From a virus (taxonomy: Duplodnaviria > Caudoviricetes), in IMG/VR virus record IMGVR_UViG_3300028888_000074, positions 32,001 to 96,000 of that record: a stretch of 64,000 bases of DNA; one strand, written 5' to 3'. The number at the start of each line of letters is the position of its first letter. Position 1 is the first letter of the stretch. The position numbers were made by a program, and so were the translations under genes. Below the pieces are notes generated by a model, which ran no database searches, was not told the origin of the DNA, and saw nothing but the letters and a program-made list of their open reading frames with translations. Positions 55,750 through 64,000 of this stretch are shown piece by piece.

Positions 55750-56801
55750 CTATGTAGCGCATCATATATCTGATGTGCATAACCCCTTCTTTTAGGCCTT
55801 CCTTTCGGGTCTGGACCAGGTCTTTCGAAATTGTCGCAGAATAAATTTGTTGCATCTGTGTAATTTGTTGCACTTCTCAATTGTGACAAGCCAAGACTTG
55901 GCTTTGTTGTTAATTCGTTTTTCAAAAACTCCAATTGCGCATCCAGGGTTTTATAATCCAAACCGTTTTGATTACAAAAAGAAATCAAATTTTGTTTACG
56001 GCCTCCGCTTGGATGCCATTGTGCTATACCATATGCTCCTTCGCTATTTTCACATGTCGGGTTTATACCACCAGATTCGTGTACTAGATTTCCGACAACA
56101 CCGCAAGCCTGTACCTCGTTCAAACCAAGTCCAGAATTCACAAGCCACCTCACACATTTAATTGCTCTGGCCATTACGGTTTTTGACATTTTTTCGATTT
56201 TCTCATCGCCACTTCCAGTCGGTGTGGATGTTTCGCCAACACTGCACATATTCAAATTGTAAGCAGGAACACCGTCAACCCTTAAATGCTGGAAAAACCA
56301 ATTATCACTTGCATTGCCTTTTTTTCCATAAACAAACGAGGTTTGATAATTGTTCTTGTAACTTGACTCCCATATTCCGCCTCCCATATACATTTGTGTA
56401 TGCCCATACCTCCAGCAGGAGGCATTTATTTCGTCGATATGCCAATAATTGACAATATCACCATTGCTGAAGTTTGAGTTGTTTGCACAATATTGTATAA
56501 GCTCAGACCTGTTTTTTATACCACGGTTTATGATGTTATAACCAAGATTTCTTAATGAATTCGAATAATTACACCCTCCGTCGTTATTCGGTTTTACAAA
56601 TCCTTCCCTTGGATATGCGGCTCCGCCCACATCTTTGTACACTCCGTGTGTGATGTAATACGCCATTCTATATACATATGTAGCGCAATACCCCTCTATT
56701 CCATCTTTTTTGTCTGGGCGTTTTCCTTTTATTGTTTTATCACCAAGTTCTTTAAATACAACATCCTTGGCTTCTTGTGGTGTGCGATAATCGGTTGCCA
56801 T
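55746..56801 (-). CDS. two-domain cell-wall hydrolase: CHAP/NlpC-like + phage tail lysozyme
   Basis: YCATYV..YGHTQMY; GVVGNLVHESG, YGIAQW, FERP; CTATTTAT upstream. Confidence 0.8.
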   Translation of the reverse strand: MATDYRTPQEAKDVVFKELGDKTIKGKRPDKKDGIEGYCATYVYRMAYYITHGVYKDVGGAAYPREGFVKPNNDGGCNYSNSLRNLGYNIINRGIKNRSELIQYCANNSNFSNGDIVNYWHIDEINASCWRYGHTQMYMGGGIWESSYKNNYQTSFVYGKKGNASDNWFFQHLRVDGVPAYNLNMCSVGETSTPTGSGDEKIEKMSKTVMARAIKCVRWLVNSGLGLNEVQACGVVGNLVHESGGINPTCENSEGAYGIAQWHPSGGRKQNLISFCNQNGLDYKTLDAQLEFLKNELTTKPSLGLSQLRSATNYTDATNLFCDNFERPGPDPKGRPKRRGYAHQIYDALHS

Positions 56802-56931
56802 AATTAATTTTCTTTTAAATAAATAGAATAAAAGTTTGTATTACTTGTTTTTTTAAAAAAACTTTTGTACTATTACTTGCGTAAAGCAGAAAGTAATTTA
56901 TTAATTATAAACACATTTAAAATTTATACTT

Positions 56932-57459
56932 ATGTTCAATTTAATTTTAGACGGCAGAGTAGGCAAGAATGGTGCCGAAATCAAAACATCGAAAGGCGGG
57001 AAACAATATTTGAAATTTTCCCTGGCAAACAACTCATATTCTGGTGGACAGAACAAAACAACATGGTTTGATGTGATTTGTTATAAACCAGAAATCATCA
57101 ATGGAATTGGAAACTACCTTAAGAAAGGAAGTTTCGTTTATGTACACACCAATGTGATTGAAGATGTGACACACAATGTGGACCAGAACCAAAAGGTTTG
57201 GATTAATCGTATTGTCACCGCAGACGGGATTGAATTTCCACAAGTGGGAAAACGGGATGATGACAATGCGTCTTCCGAAGTTTCCACGTATACGGCGACA
57301 ACCAAACAATATGTAAATGAATTAACTACGAATATGCCGCAGGCGCAAACATCAACGCAAATCAATGAGGAACAAGTAAAGGCCTATGCCGAACAAATGA
57401 CAACACCGACAGACGACAGCAATATGTATAGCGGTGATTCAGACGACTTACCATTTTAA
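56932..57459 (+). CDS. ssb: single-stranded DNA-binding protein
   Basis: GRVGK, FSLA, TTWF, YLKKGS, C-terminal DDLPF. Confidence 0.9.
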   Translation: MFNLILDGRVGKNGAEIKTSKGGKQYLKFSLANNSYSGGQNKTTWFDVICYKPEIINGIGNYLKKGSFVYVHTNVIEDVTHNVDQNQKVWINRIVTADGIEFPQVGKRDDDNASSEVSTYTATTKQYVNELTTNMPQAQTSTQINEEQVKAYAEQMTTPTDDSNMYSGDSDDLPF

Positions 57460-57483
57460 ACATTGTATGTTTATTTAAACATT

Positions 57484-57517
57484 AAGGTGCAATTGTGCTT
57501 GATTGCACCTTTTTTTT
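57484..57517 (+). terminator. intrinsic terminator
   Basis: AAGGTGCAAT..ATTGCACCTT followed by a T-run. Confidence 0.75.
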
Positions 57518-57554
57518 AACAAAAAAAAAAATAATTAATCAAAACATATTTAAT

Positions 57555-57878
57555 ATGACGATTAGAAAAATTGAAACAAAAGATGATTTTAATTCCTTTA
57601 TCAACAAGGAAGGAACTATTAATTGTGTGAAATTCGGAGCAAACTGGTGCGGACCGTGTCACGCTTTGGACAATAGACTATCCCAAGTTAATGATGGCGA
57701 GCTTGACGGGGCATTGTTTGGTGTAGTAAATGTTGAAGATTTGTCCGAAGTGGCCGAGGAAATGGGAATTATGAACATTCCAGTAATTAGCTTGTTTAAA
57801 AACGGCCAAGAAGTTGACCGAATTGTAGGCTTGTGCGAATGGGGAGAAATCAATAACAGAATTCAAAATGCGAAGTAA
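57555..57878 (+). CDS. trxA: thioredoxin
   Basis: WCGPC, cis-Pro IP, FKNG. Confidence 0.9.
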   Translation: MTIRKIETKDDFNSFINKEGTINCVKFGANWCGPCHALDNRLSQVNDGELDGALFGVVNVEDLSEVAEEMGIMNIPVISLFKNGQEVDRIVGLCEWGEINNRIQNAK

Positions 57879-58087
57879 TGGTTTGGTTTTGGGCAATAAT
57901 CAAATTTATCGTTAGCGCTTCCGCCATTTTTTCACTGCTGTTGTTTGTTGTTGTATGCATAACAAGCGTTACAAACCCAGAAATAGAGGTTGTTGATGGT
58001 GAGACAATAAACAAAAACCAAAAAGCAGCAATCGTTTTGAGTATCATAAGCGCCGTACTTTTCGGAATTCTCATTGCAATCCCTTGA
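57878..58087 (+). CDS. small membrane protein
   Basis: Two TM segments. Confidence 0.65.
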   Translation: MVWFWAIIKFIVSASAIFSLLLFVVVCITSVTNPEIEVVDGETINKNQKAAIVLSIISAVLFGILIAIP

Positions 58088-58088
58088 T

Positions 58089-58319
58089 ATGGACACAAGT
58101 TGGCTGAACGAGAAAATAGAATATATACCAAAGCATAATTTTATTTATAAAATTGTTTGTTTTTTTGTCGGGCACAAATTGACATATCAAGAAATGTATA
58201 TAATGTTATGCCAGATAAACAAATCAAAATTTGGTGACAAATCAAAGGAACTTTCCATAAACAAAATATTAAATATTTATAAAAAATTACACAACAATAA
58301 TTTACCAAAAGACTTTTAA
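58089..58319 (+). CDS. hypothetical protein
   Basis: ORF from MDTSW. Confidence 0.55.
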   Translation: MDTSWLNEKIEYIPKHNFIYKIVCFFVGHKLTYQEMYIMLCQINKSKFGDKSKELSINKILNIYKKLHNNNLPKDF

Positions 58320-58323
58320 TGAA

Positions 58324-59088
58324 ATGATGACCGAAGATGATTATAAACATTTTGTTTGTGTTGTCGCTGGTGACAATCCAGATTTGCTTATGGATGAGTA
58401 CGACAAAAACAAAAATCTTGAAAAACAGGTTGTATTCAAATATAAAGACGCTGACAAAATAAGAAACTCATATATAAGCGAATACGAAAAGATATTGTTG
58501 AACAAAGAAATCACCAAATCCGAAAGGGAATACATTGAATTGGCTTTGGATGATATTAAAAATATGTCACCAGAGGATTTTTATTATGATTTGATTACCA
58601 CAAGCAATTATGAGGTCGACGAAGATACTGGAGATGCCGTATATTTTTCAAACAAACAAGGAAAATTGTCTTATTACCAAATCGGAAAGCTATTCAGTAT
58701 ACCATTCTTATTGAAAGACGGACGTGAAACATTTCAAGCCAAGAAAAAAGACATTGATTGGGAAAGAATCCATATGGCTGGTGGTGATGTCTATAAAAGA
58801 GCTTGGGAAATGGTTATGGATGGAAGCAAACCGACAAACGAAATTGAAGAGCAAATATTCGAAAACATGAAAGACAAAACAACATATTTCCAAAAATTTG
58901 AAACAAAAGAAAATTATGTTACAAGCAACACAGCTTTTTGGGGGTATGCTTTCCTGTCTGAAAAGACGGGCTGGATTGACGCTGACGATTGTGAAGACCA
59001 ATTTGTCTGGATGTCAAATTTTTACGATACATTTATAAAAAATCTCGACGATGAAACAATCCTGACTATTTATGAATGCAAAAAATAG
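58324..59088 (+). CDS. hypothetical phage protein
   Basis: HFVCVVAGDNP..FYDTFIKNLDDETILTIYEC. Confidence 0.75.
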   Translation: MMTEDDYKHFVCVVAGDNPDLLMDEYDKNKNLEKQVVFKYKDADKIRNSYISEYEKILLNKEITKSEREYIELALDDIKNMSPEDFYYDLITTSNYEVDEDTGDAVYFSNKQGKLSYYQIGKLFSIPFLLKDGRETFQAKKKDIDWERIHMAGGDVYKRAWEMVMDGSKPTNEIEEQIFENMKDKTTYFQKFETKENYVTSNTAFWGYAFLSEKTGWIDADDCEDQFVWMSNFYDTFIKNLDDETILTIYECKK

Positions 59089-59093
59089 TTTGA

Positions 59094-59369
59094 ATGAAAG
59101 GAAGATATTCAGTCAAGAGTGACAACAACGAAAAAACACATGCATTCACAAAATCAGACAAGGGAAATGATTTGTATATATTTGAAAATGACGGGGGATG
59201 GACCAAAAAAGGTGCCTCTTACACTGAAATAAATGGAAAAGTCGCGTTTATTGATGCCGATGGAGGACCTATGATATCACCTGGGTGGTCAAACAACGAA
59301 ATAGAAGTCATTGAATTAACACTGGACGAAAACAGGAATGTTATAGCAAAACTAAGGGAAAAGCTTTAA
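59094..59369 (+). CDS. hypothetical protein
   Basis: FIDADGGPMI motif. Confidence 0.7.
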   Translation: MKGRYSVKSDNNEKTHAFTKSDKGNDLYIFENDGGWTKKGASYTEINGKVAFIDADGGPMISPGWSNNEIEVIELTLDENRNVIAKLREKL

Positions 59370-59440
59370 ACTTTTCCTTTTTTGCTTTTATTGATTTTTT
59401 TATATATAATAACAAGACAAAATTGTAATTTACAAAATAT

Positions 59441-60691
59441 ATGACTATTAGAGATTATTACAGTATATTGGCACACATAAGGTCAATCATAAAAGGCACT
59501 GAATTTGAAGGTCATGTGTTTTCAGTTGGCGGATGTGAGAGAGACAAGCATCTTGGCAGGGAAATAAAAGACATAGACCTTGTTTTAGATATTGAAAACG
59601 GTGGAATTAAATTTGCCAATTGGCTTCAAACAAACAACTATACCAAAGGTTCGGTTGTTGTTTTTGAGAGATTCGGAACTGCAATGTTCCATCTGGCTCA
59701 ATTTCCAGAATACGAATTGGAGGCTGTGCAAACACGAAAGGAAAACTATTCTGACAAAAACAGCAGAAATCCAGAAACTTCATATGGTACAATACAAGAG
59801 GATTGTAAGAGAAGGGATTTTACAATCAACGCCCTTTATCACAACATATCGACAACTGAAGATTTGGATTTGACTGGATATGGTCTGAATGACTTAGAAA
59901 ACGAGTTGATTCGTACCTGTGGTGAACCAGATATAATATTCAATGATGACCCATTGCGGATTTTGAGAGCAATAAGATTTGCAACACAATTAAAATTCGG
60001 TATAGACGAAGAAACACAAAAAGGTATGGAACAAAACGCCAATAGGCTTTCCATTATTTCAAAAGAAAGAATACAAAGTGAACTAAACAAGATTCTTGAA
60101 TCTGAAAAACCATATTATGGGTTTTGGACTATGGATTTTTTGCATATCACAAAGTATGTATTCAAAAATGCAACATCATCTGGACTATGGGATTTTACTG
60201 GGAAATTAATTGAATACAAACAAACGAATTGCGAAAACGATATAATTTCACAATCGTTTGTCTTGTTCGCTAAAGTTATCGGAATTAATCCTGTAATTGA
60301 AATTCTTCATGATTTGAAATACCCCAATAAAACGATTGAAAAAGTTGAAAAAAGATATTGGTTGACAGAAACATATAAATTATTTAAAAATAATTTAACT
60401 AAGCGTGTTGTCCGTAAAATGGAATACGAATGCGGTGATGAAACAACATTTAACATGGTTGTAACATTGTTGAAAGTGGATGGTGTTAAAGTGCCACGCA
60501 ACAAAAAAACAATGTGCGGATACAAACTTCCAATAAACGGCAACGACGTGATGAAATATATCGGTACAAATGAAGGCAAAGAAGTTAAGATATATTTGCA
60601 AAAATACATGAATATTGCATACAAAAGGCCATCAATAACACGCTTTGAATTGATAATCAGAATGCTATTGTTTAGGTGGTTTAATAGATAA
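59441..60691 (+). CDS. cca: class II tRNA nucleotidyltransferase (CCA-adding enzyme type)
   Basis: VGGCERD, DID, EDCKRRDFTINAL, DDPLRILRAIRF, ERI..EL.K. Confidence 0.88.
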   Translation: MTIRDYYSILAHIRSIIKGTEFEGHVFSVGGCERDKHLGREIKDIDLVLDIENGGIKFANWLQTNNYTKGSVVVFERFGTAMFHLAQFPEYELEAVQTRKENYSDKNSRNPETSYGTIQEDCKRRDFTINALYHNISTTEDLDLTGYGLNDLENELIRTCGEPDIIFNDDPLRILRAIRFATQLKFGIDEETQKGMEQNANRLSIISKERIQSELNKILESEKPYYGFWTMDFLHITKYVFKNATSSGLWDFTGKLIEYKQTNCENDIISQSFVLFAKVIGINPVIEILHDLKYPNKTIEKVEKRYWLTETYKLFKNNLTKRVVRKMEYECGDETTFNMVVTLLKVDGVKVPRNKKTMCGYKLPINGNDVMKYIGTNEGKEVKIYLQKYMNIAYKRPSITRFELIIRMLLFRWFNR

Positions 60692-61669
60692 CCATTTGTT
60701 ATGTATCTTTAATGCCTTGTGGTACATATTTTTATATTTCTTTTTATAATCTTTTAAAAAATACTGCTTTGCCCTTTCAAAATGAAGCCTGTCCAAAGGC
60801 TTTATTTCCTCTATCGGCATTTTTTCCTTTAGATGGCGCACATATTCATATGACGTGTATTTGGTGTTCTCATCTGAATACCTTTTTCTCTGCAAATCAT
60901 TGAATTTTTTCATATAATCCAAATACACAATTATCCATGATGTCATCGGATTGTCACTATGTGTGTTGTTGACCATTTCATCATTGTAATTCAAATTTTC
61001 AATAATGGATATAAGAGATTCCATTTCGTTAAGCCCAAGTGTTTTTTCAGTCATAGACTGACCTGTTGTTGTTATATCCTCCATCCTCATTTTAGGGTAC
61101 AGCCTTAATGAGGCATTATATTGGTTCAGTCTGGCTTGTATTTCTGTCGGACTGAAATAATAAAGGCATTTTGAAACGACCGAAGGAAAATAATTCTTAT
61201 CCCACTGTGGATTGTGTGTCAGCCTTTTCTGCATGTTGTTGTCTATGAAGTGTGACATTTCATGGTACAAGGCAATAAGCGTTTTTGCAACAACCTTCTT
61301 GAATTGCATCTGGTTTAGTTTTGACAGGTCTGGAACCAGTTTCCTCAAATATATGGTATTTGTAAGGAATTCGTATTGCCCGTCATTTCCAGACATTTCA
61401 CCGCCATTGAACACAACATGCAAGGTTCCCCTTTTTGTGAACATATTGTCGCCACGCATCTTGTCCAAGTATCTTTTTGGAATATATCTTTCAATATCCT
61501 CCCTATCTACTTCAACATCATGGTATTCCCTGTTTGCCAAAGCGAATTTGAGAATCTCGATTGACAAATCATAGACGCCATCATCCAAAACGTGTTGGGA
61601 CTCGTTCAATATAGTCCCAACACATTCTGTTATCATGTTTTCAATATCTTTACATGTTATATTAATCAT
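60665..61669 (-). CDS. putative zincin metallopeptidase with shared N-terminal peptide
   Basis: LYHEMSH (HExxH), downstream YYFSPTEIQARL; N-terminal IENMITECVGTILNE. Confidence 0.65.
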   Translation of the reverse strand: MINITCKDIENMITECVGTILNESQHVLDDGVYDLSIEILKFALANREYHDVEVDREDIERYIPKRYLDKMRGDNMFTKRGTLHVVFNGGEMSGNDGQYEFLTNTIYLRKLVPDLSKLNQMQFKKVVAKTLIALYHEMSHFIDNNMQKRLTHNPQWDKNYFPSVVSKCLYYFSPTEIQARLNQYNASLRLYPKMRMEDITTTGQSMTEKTLGLNEMESLISIIENLNYNDEMVNNTHSDNPMTSWIIVYLDYMKKFNDLQRKRYSDENTKYTSYEYVRHLKEKMPIEEIKPLDRLHFERAKQYFLKDYKKKYKNMYHKALKIHNKWLSIKPPKQ

Positions 61670-64000
61670 AATTCATTAAGATTTTAAACAAATTTTCCAA
61701 ATTATCAAGCCTTTCACGCAAATCCTTGTTTTCTTCGTACAATTTGTCTATTGCAGCCAACGCCACAATGGACAATCTTTCATATGAAACTCCGTAGTTG
61801 CCGTCACCATCGATATTTACAAGTTCTGGATATATTTCGGCAAGCTTCTGAGCTGACGTACCGATATATACCTGGTCATTGCTTCCATCAGTCCACTTGA
61901 AATATTTCTTTGGTATGTTTTTCAATGAATCAAGATTGCATGCAATATCCCCAATGAATTTTTTCTTGTTCTCATCAGAGATTGAGTACATGTATCCATT
62001 ATGCATAAATATCTGCGGGTCATAGAACAATGTGTCTGTATGTGCTGAATTATAACCTATGGCATATGTATACATGTTTGCGCTTTCAACAACATTCAAA
62101 CTTGTTGAGCCGCCTCCACCAGAGTTTGATATGGTGTCACTATTGAAATGACCTTCCTTTACAACAACAGGATAAAACATAGAATCGTTATCATAATATG
62201 TACTATTATAATTCCATGTTAATGTATCCCAATAATATGTTGGTAAATCATCACCAGTAAATGCTACCAATTGTCCTAGTCCTGGTTGGCCATATATGGA
62301 AACTAAAGCTGTTGAACCACTTGTTGACGTTCCATATTTTTTTGGAGACCATACAAACATATCGAAAATAAATTCATGCATATCTCCAGACCCATAGAAA
62401 ATATTATCTTGGTTGCCAATATTATCATTACGACATATCCTATAACTTCCACCTGTATATGGGTCTATACATATTGCTGGAGCGTGCATTGCCATGTCGC
62501 CATGAACCTCAATGGTCTGACCGTACAAAACTAAAATTTCTGTTGAACTTGGTATCCAAGAGAAATCTGACTCCTCAAAATGGTTTTTATGATATGTATT
62601 TGACTCAAAATCAAAAAACTTGCTTAAGCCTTCCTCAAATTGTAAAATTATCGGCTTGTACCTTGTGGCATTGTTCACTTGTTCACCACTAACTGGAATT
62701 GCCTGATTATTGAAATATACATTGAATTTGGTCCCAGGCTTTAATGGCTCTTCAAAACCACTGTACACTTCAACTAAGAACTTATTTTGTCCGTCGCCAC
62801 TTACTGTGTATAATATATTTTCAACATTGTTGTAGCTAGAACCTGTTCCACTTGGGCCTTGATAACCTCTTGGGCCTTGGTTTCCGTTGTTTCCAGTATT
62901 ACCTTGTGGACCACGAACACCCTGATAACCTTGATAGCCTTCAGAGCCACCGCCTTCGGAATCATACGTTAAACTATTGAAATGTCCTTCTTTAACCAAA
63001 CCAGGATAAAACACCTCACCTTTAGAATAATCATGATATGTATGCCCCATCTTTGCTATGTCAACATAATAATCTGGGAGCAACCCAATAGGATAATTAA
63101 CCTCAGCTATATTCACATTTTCAACACCATAATACTGTGTTGTACAAAGTGTTGTTCCAGAATCACAAACATCATCAGATATCCAATTAAACATTGAATA
63201 GATAAATTCATGATAATCAGTAGTATTAAGATTATATAGAGTAAATGAAGAAAATCCCCAAGAATTAACAAAGTATTGCTCAAGTGTATATGGGTCAAGA
63301 CCATTCATGATTGCTGGCCTTGTATAGTCCATATTGCCATTCATACAACTACCATAGAACAGTAACATTTCGCTACTGTTTGGTATATCATTGTATTCTA
63401 CTTTTTCGAAATGTGATTGTTGTTTTGTTGTTGAACTAAAAGAAAATAAAGCTGATAGTGTTGTTAAGTTTCCACTAGCATTATATATTTCAAATATAAC
63501 TGGATAATATTCATTAGCAACATTTGTATTCAACATTGTTAATGAATGATTAAATATAACACCAACTTTTTCACCATTTTGAATCGGTTTTTCAAAACCT
63601 TTATAAGGCATAACCTTAAATACATTTGTTCCTTGGTATTTGTCAAAAGTTATCAGTAAGTTTTCTGGCAATATACCGTCTATACCATTGACGCCATCAT
63701 TACCCTGAGGACCAACTTTTCCTTGTGGACCATCATTGCCTTGTGCACCAACTTTTCCTTGTGGACCATCATGACCTTGCGACCCATCATTACCCTGAGG
63801 ACCAACTTTTCCTTGTGGACCATCATTGCCTTGTGCACCAACTTTTCCTTGTGGACCATCATTACCCTGAGCACCAACCTTACCCTGAGGACCAACTTTT
63901 CCTTGTGGACCATCATTGCCTTGTGCACCAACCTTACCCTGAGGACCATCGTTGCCTTGAGCACCGACTTTTCCTTGTGGACCATCATTGCCTTGAGCAC
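61662..64000 (-). CDS. tail fibre protein (partial; start lies beyond the window) with collagen repeats, a duplicated globular domain and a C-terminal S74 chaperone
   Basis: The frame stays open from 63998 (AQGNDGPQGKVG repeats) into the 63671 ORF; SDENKK, FKW, IGTSAQ..YPELV, VSYERL, terminal coiled coil. Confidence 0.85.
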   Translation of the reverse strand, partial: AQGNDGPQGKVGAQGNDGPQGKVGAQGNDGPQGKVGPQGKVGAQGNDGPQGKVGAQGNDGPQGKVGPQGNDGSQGHDGPQGKVGAQGNDGPQGKVGPQGNDGVNGIDGILPENLLITFDKYQGTNVFKVMPYKGFEKPIQNGEKVGVIFNHSLTMLNTNVANEYYPVIFEIYNASGNLTTLSALFSFSSTTKQQSHFEKVEYNDIPNSSEMLLFYGSCMNGNMDYTRPAIMNGLDPYTLEQYFVNSWGFSSFTLYNLNTTDYHEFIYSMFNWISDDVCDSGTTLCTTQYYGVENVNIAEVNYPIGLLPDYYVDIAKMGHTYHDYSKGEVFYPGLVKEGHFNSLTYDSEGGGSEGYQGYQGVRGPQGNTGNNGNQGPRGYQGPSGTGSSYNNVENILYTVSGDGQNKFLVEVYSGFEEPLKPGTKFNVYFNNQAIPVSGEQVNNATRYKPIILQFEEGLSKFFDFESNTYHKNHFEESDFSWIPSSTEILVLYGQTIEVHGDMAMHAPAICIDPYTGGSYRICRNDNIGNQDNIFYGSGDMHEFIFDMFVWSPKKYGTSTSGSTALVSIYGQPGLGQLVAFTGDDLPTYYWDTLTWNYNSTYYDNDSMFYPVVVKEGHFNSDTISNSGGGGSTSLNVVESANMYTYAIGYNSAHTDTLFYDPQIFMHNGYMYSISDENKKKFIGDIACNLDSLKNIPKKYFKWTDGSNDQVYIGTSAQKLAEIYPELVNIDGDGNYGVSYERLSIVALAAIDKLYEENKDLRERLDNLENLFKILMNYD
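63685..64000 (-). repeat. collagen-like G-X-Y coding repeat (18/36-bp units)
   Basis: GAQGND / GPQGKV alternating. Confidence 0.9.

Noticed and set aside
61662-63671. Diversity-generating retroelement target in the tail fibre
   Set aside because: No reverse transcriptase in the window, and the duplicated domains differ at all bases rather than only at adenines
1-64000. Alternative genetic code (TAG or TGA recoding as in Lak or some crAss-like phages)
   Set aside because: Conserved enzymes are full length in code 11, and TAG/TGA stops fall at natural gene ends
63680-64000. 106-aa ORF MLKAMMVHKEK... from the ORF track
   Set aside because: It is a shifted-frame shadow of the collagen repeat; the G-X-Y frame is continuous with the tail-fibre ORF

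Overview
AT-rich, gene-dense 64-kb segment that reads as part of a large (jumbo) tailed phage genome in the standard genetic code. The host is probably a Bacteroidetes; this is inferred from Bacteroides-type PncB, an Hc1-like protein, lipobox proteins and the lack of Shine-Dalgarno motifs. It carries many small hypothetical genes plus auxiliary modules: NAD salvage/ADP-ribose handling (pncA, pncB, two Nudix, ADP-ribosylglycohydrolase, ART-like protein), tRNA/RNA repair (Thg1, CCA-type nucleotidyltransferase, RNA ligase, TROVE/vWA, phosphoesterases, RlmN-like radical SAM), dTDP-sugar genes (rmlA/B/C), DnaJ, thioredoxin, SSB, a GMP reductase/IMPDH-family enzyme, cell-wall hydrolases, a collagen/S74 tail fibre, and a PD-(D/E)XK nuclease split by a class 3 intein. 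The main structural result is four unrelated TnpB-only IS200/IS605 elements. Their ends and empty target sites can be reconstructed, each has a different target motif, and each lies antisense to the transcript it interrupts. All four carry the phage's CTATTTAT motif before tnpB, and three clearly (one weakly) carry an outward-facing copy of the phage's sigma70-like promoter. The same CTATTTAT motif marks a set of genes whose proteins share an N-terminal peptide resembling a capsid-targeting signal. No tRNA, rRNA or CRISPR array was recognised. All family calls come from motif recognition by eye, not from database searches.
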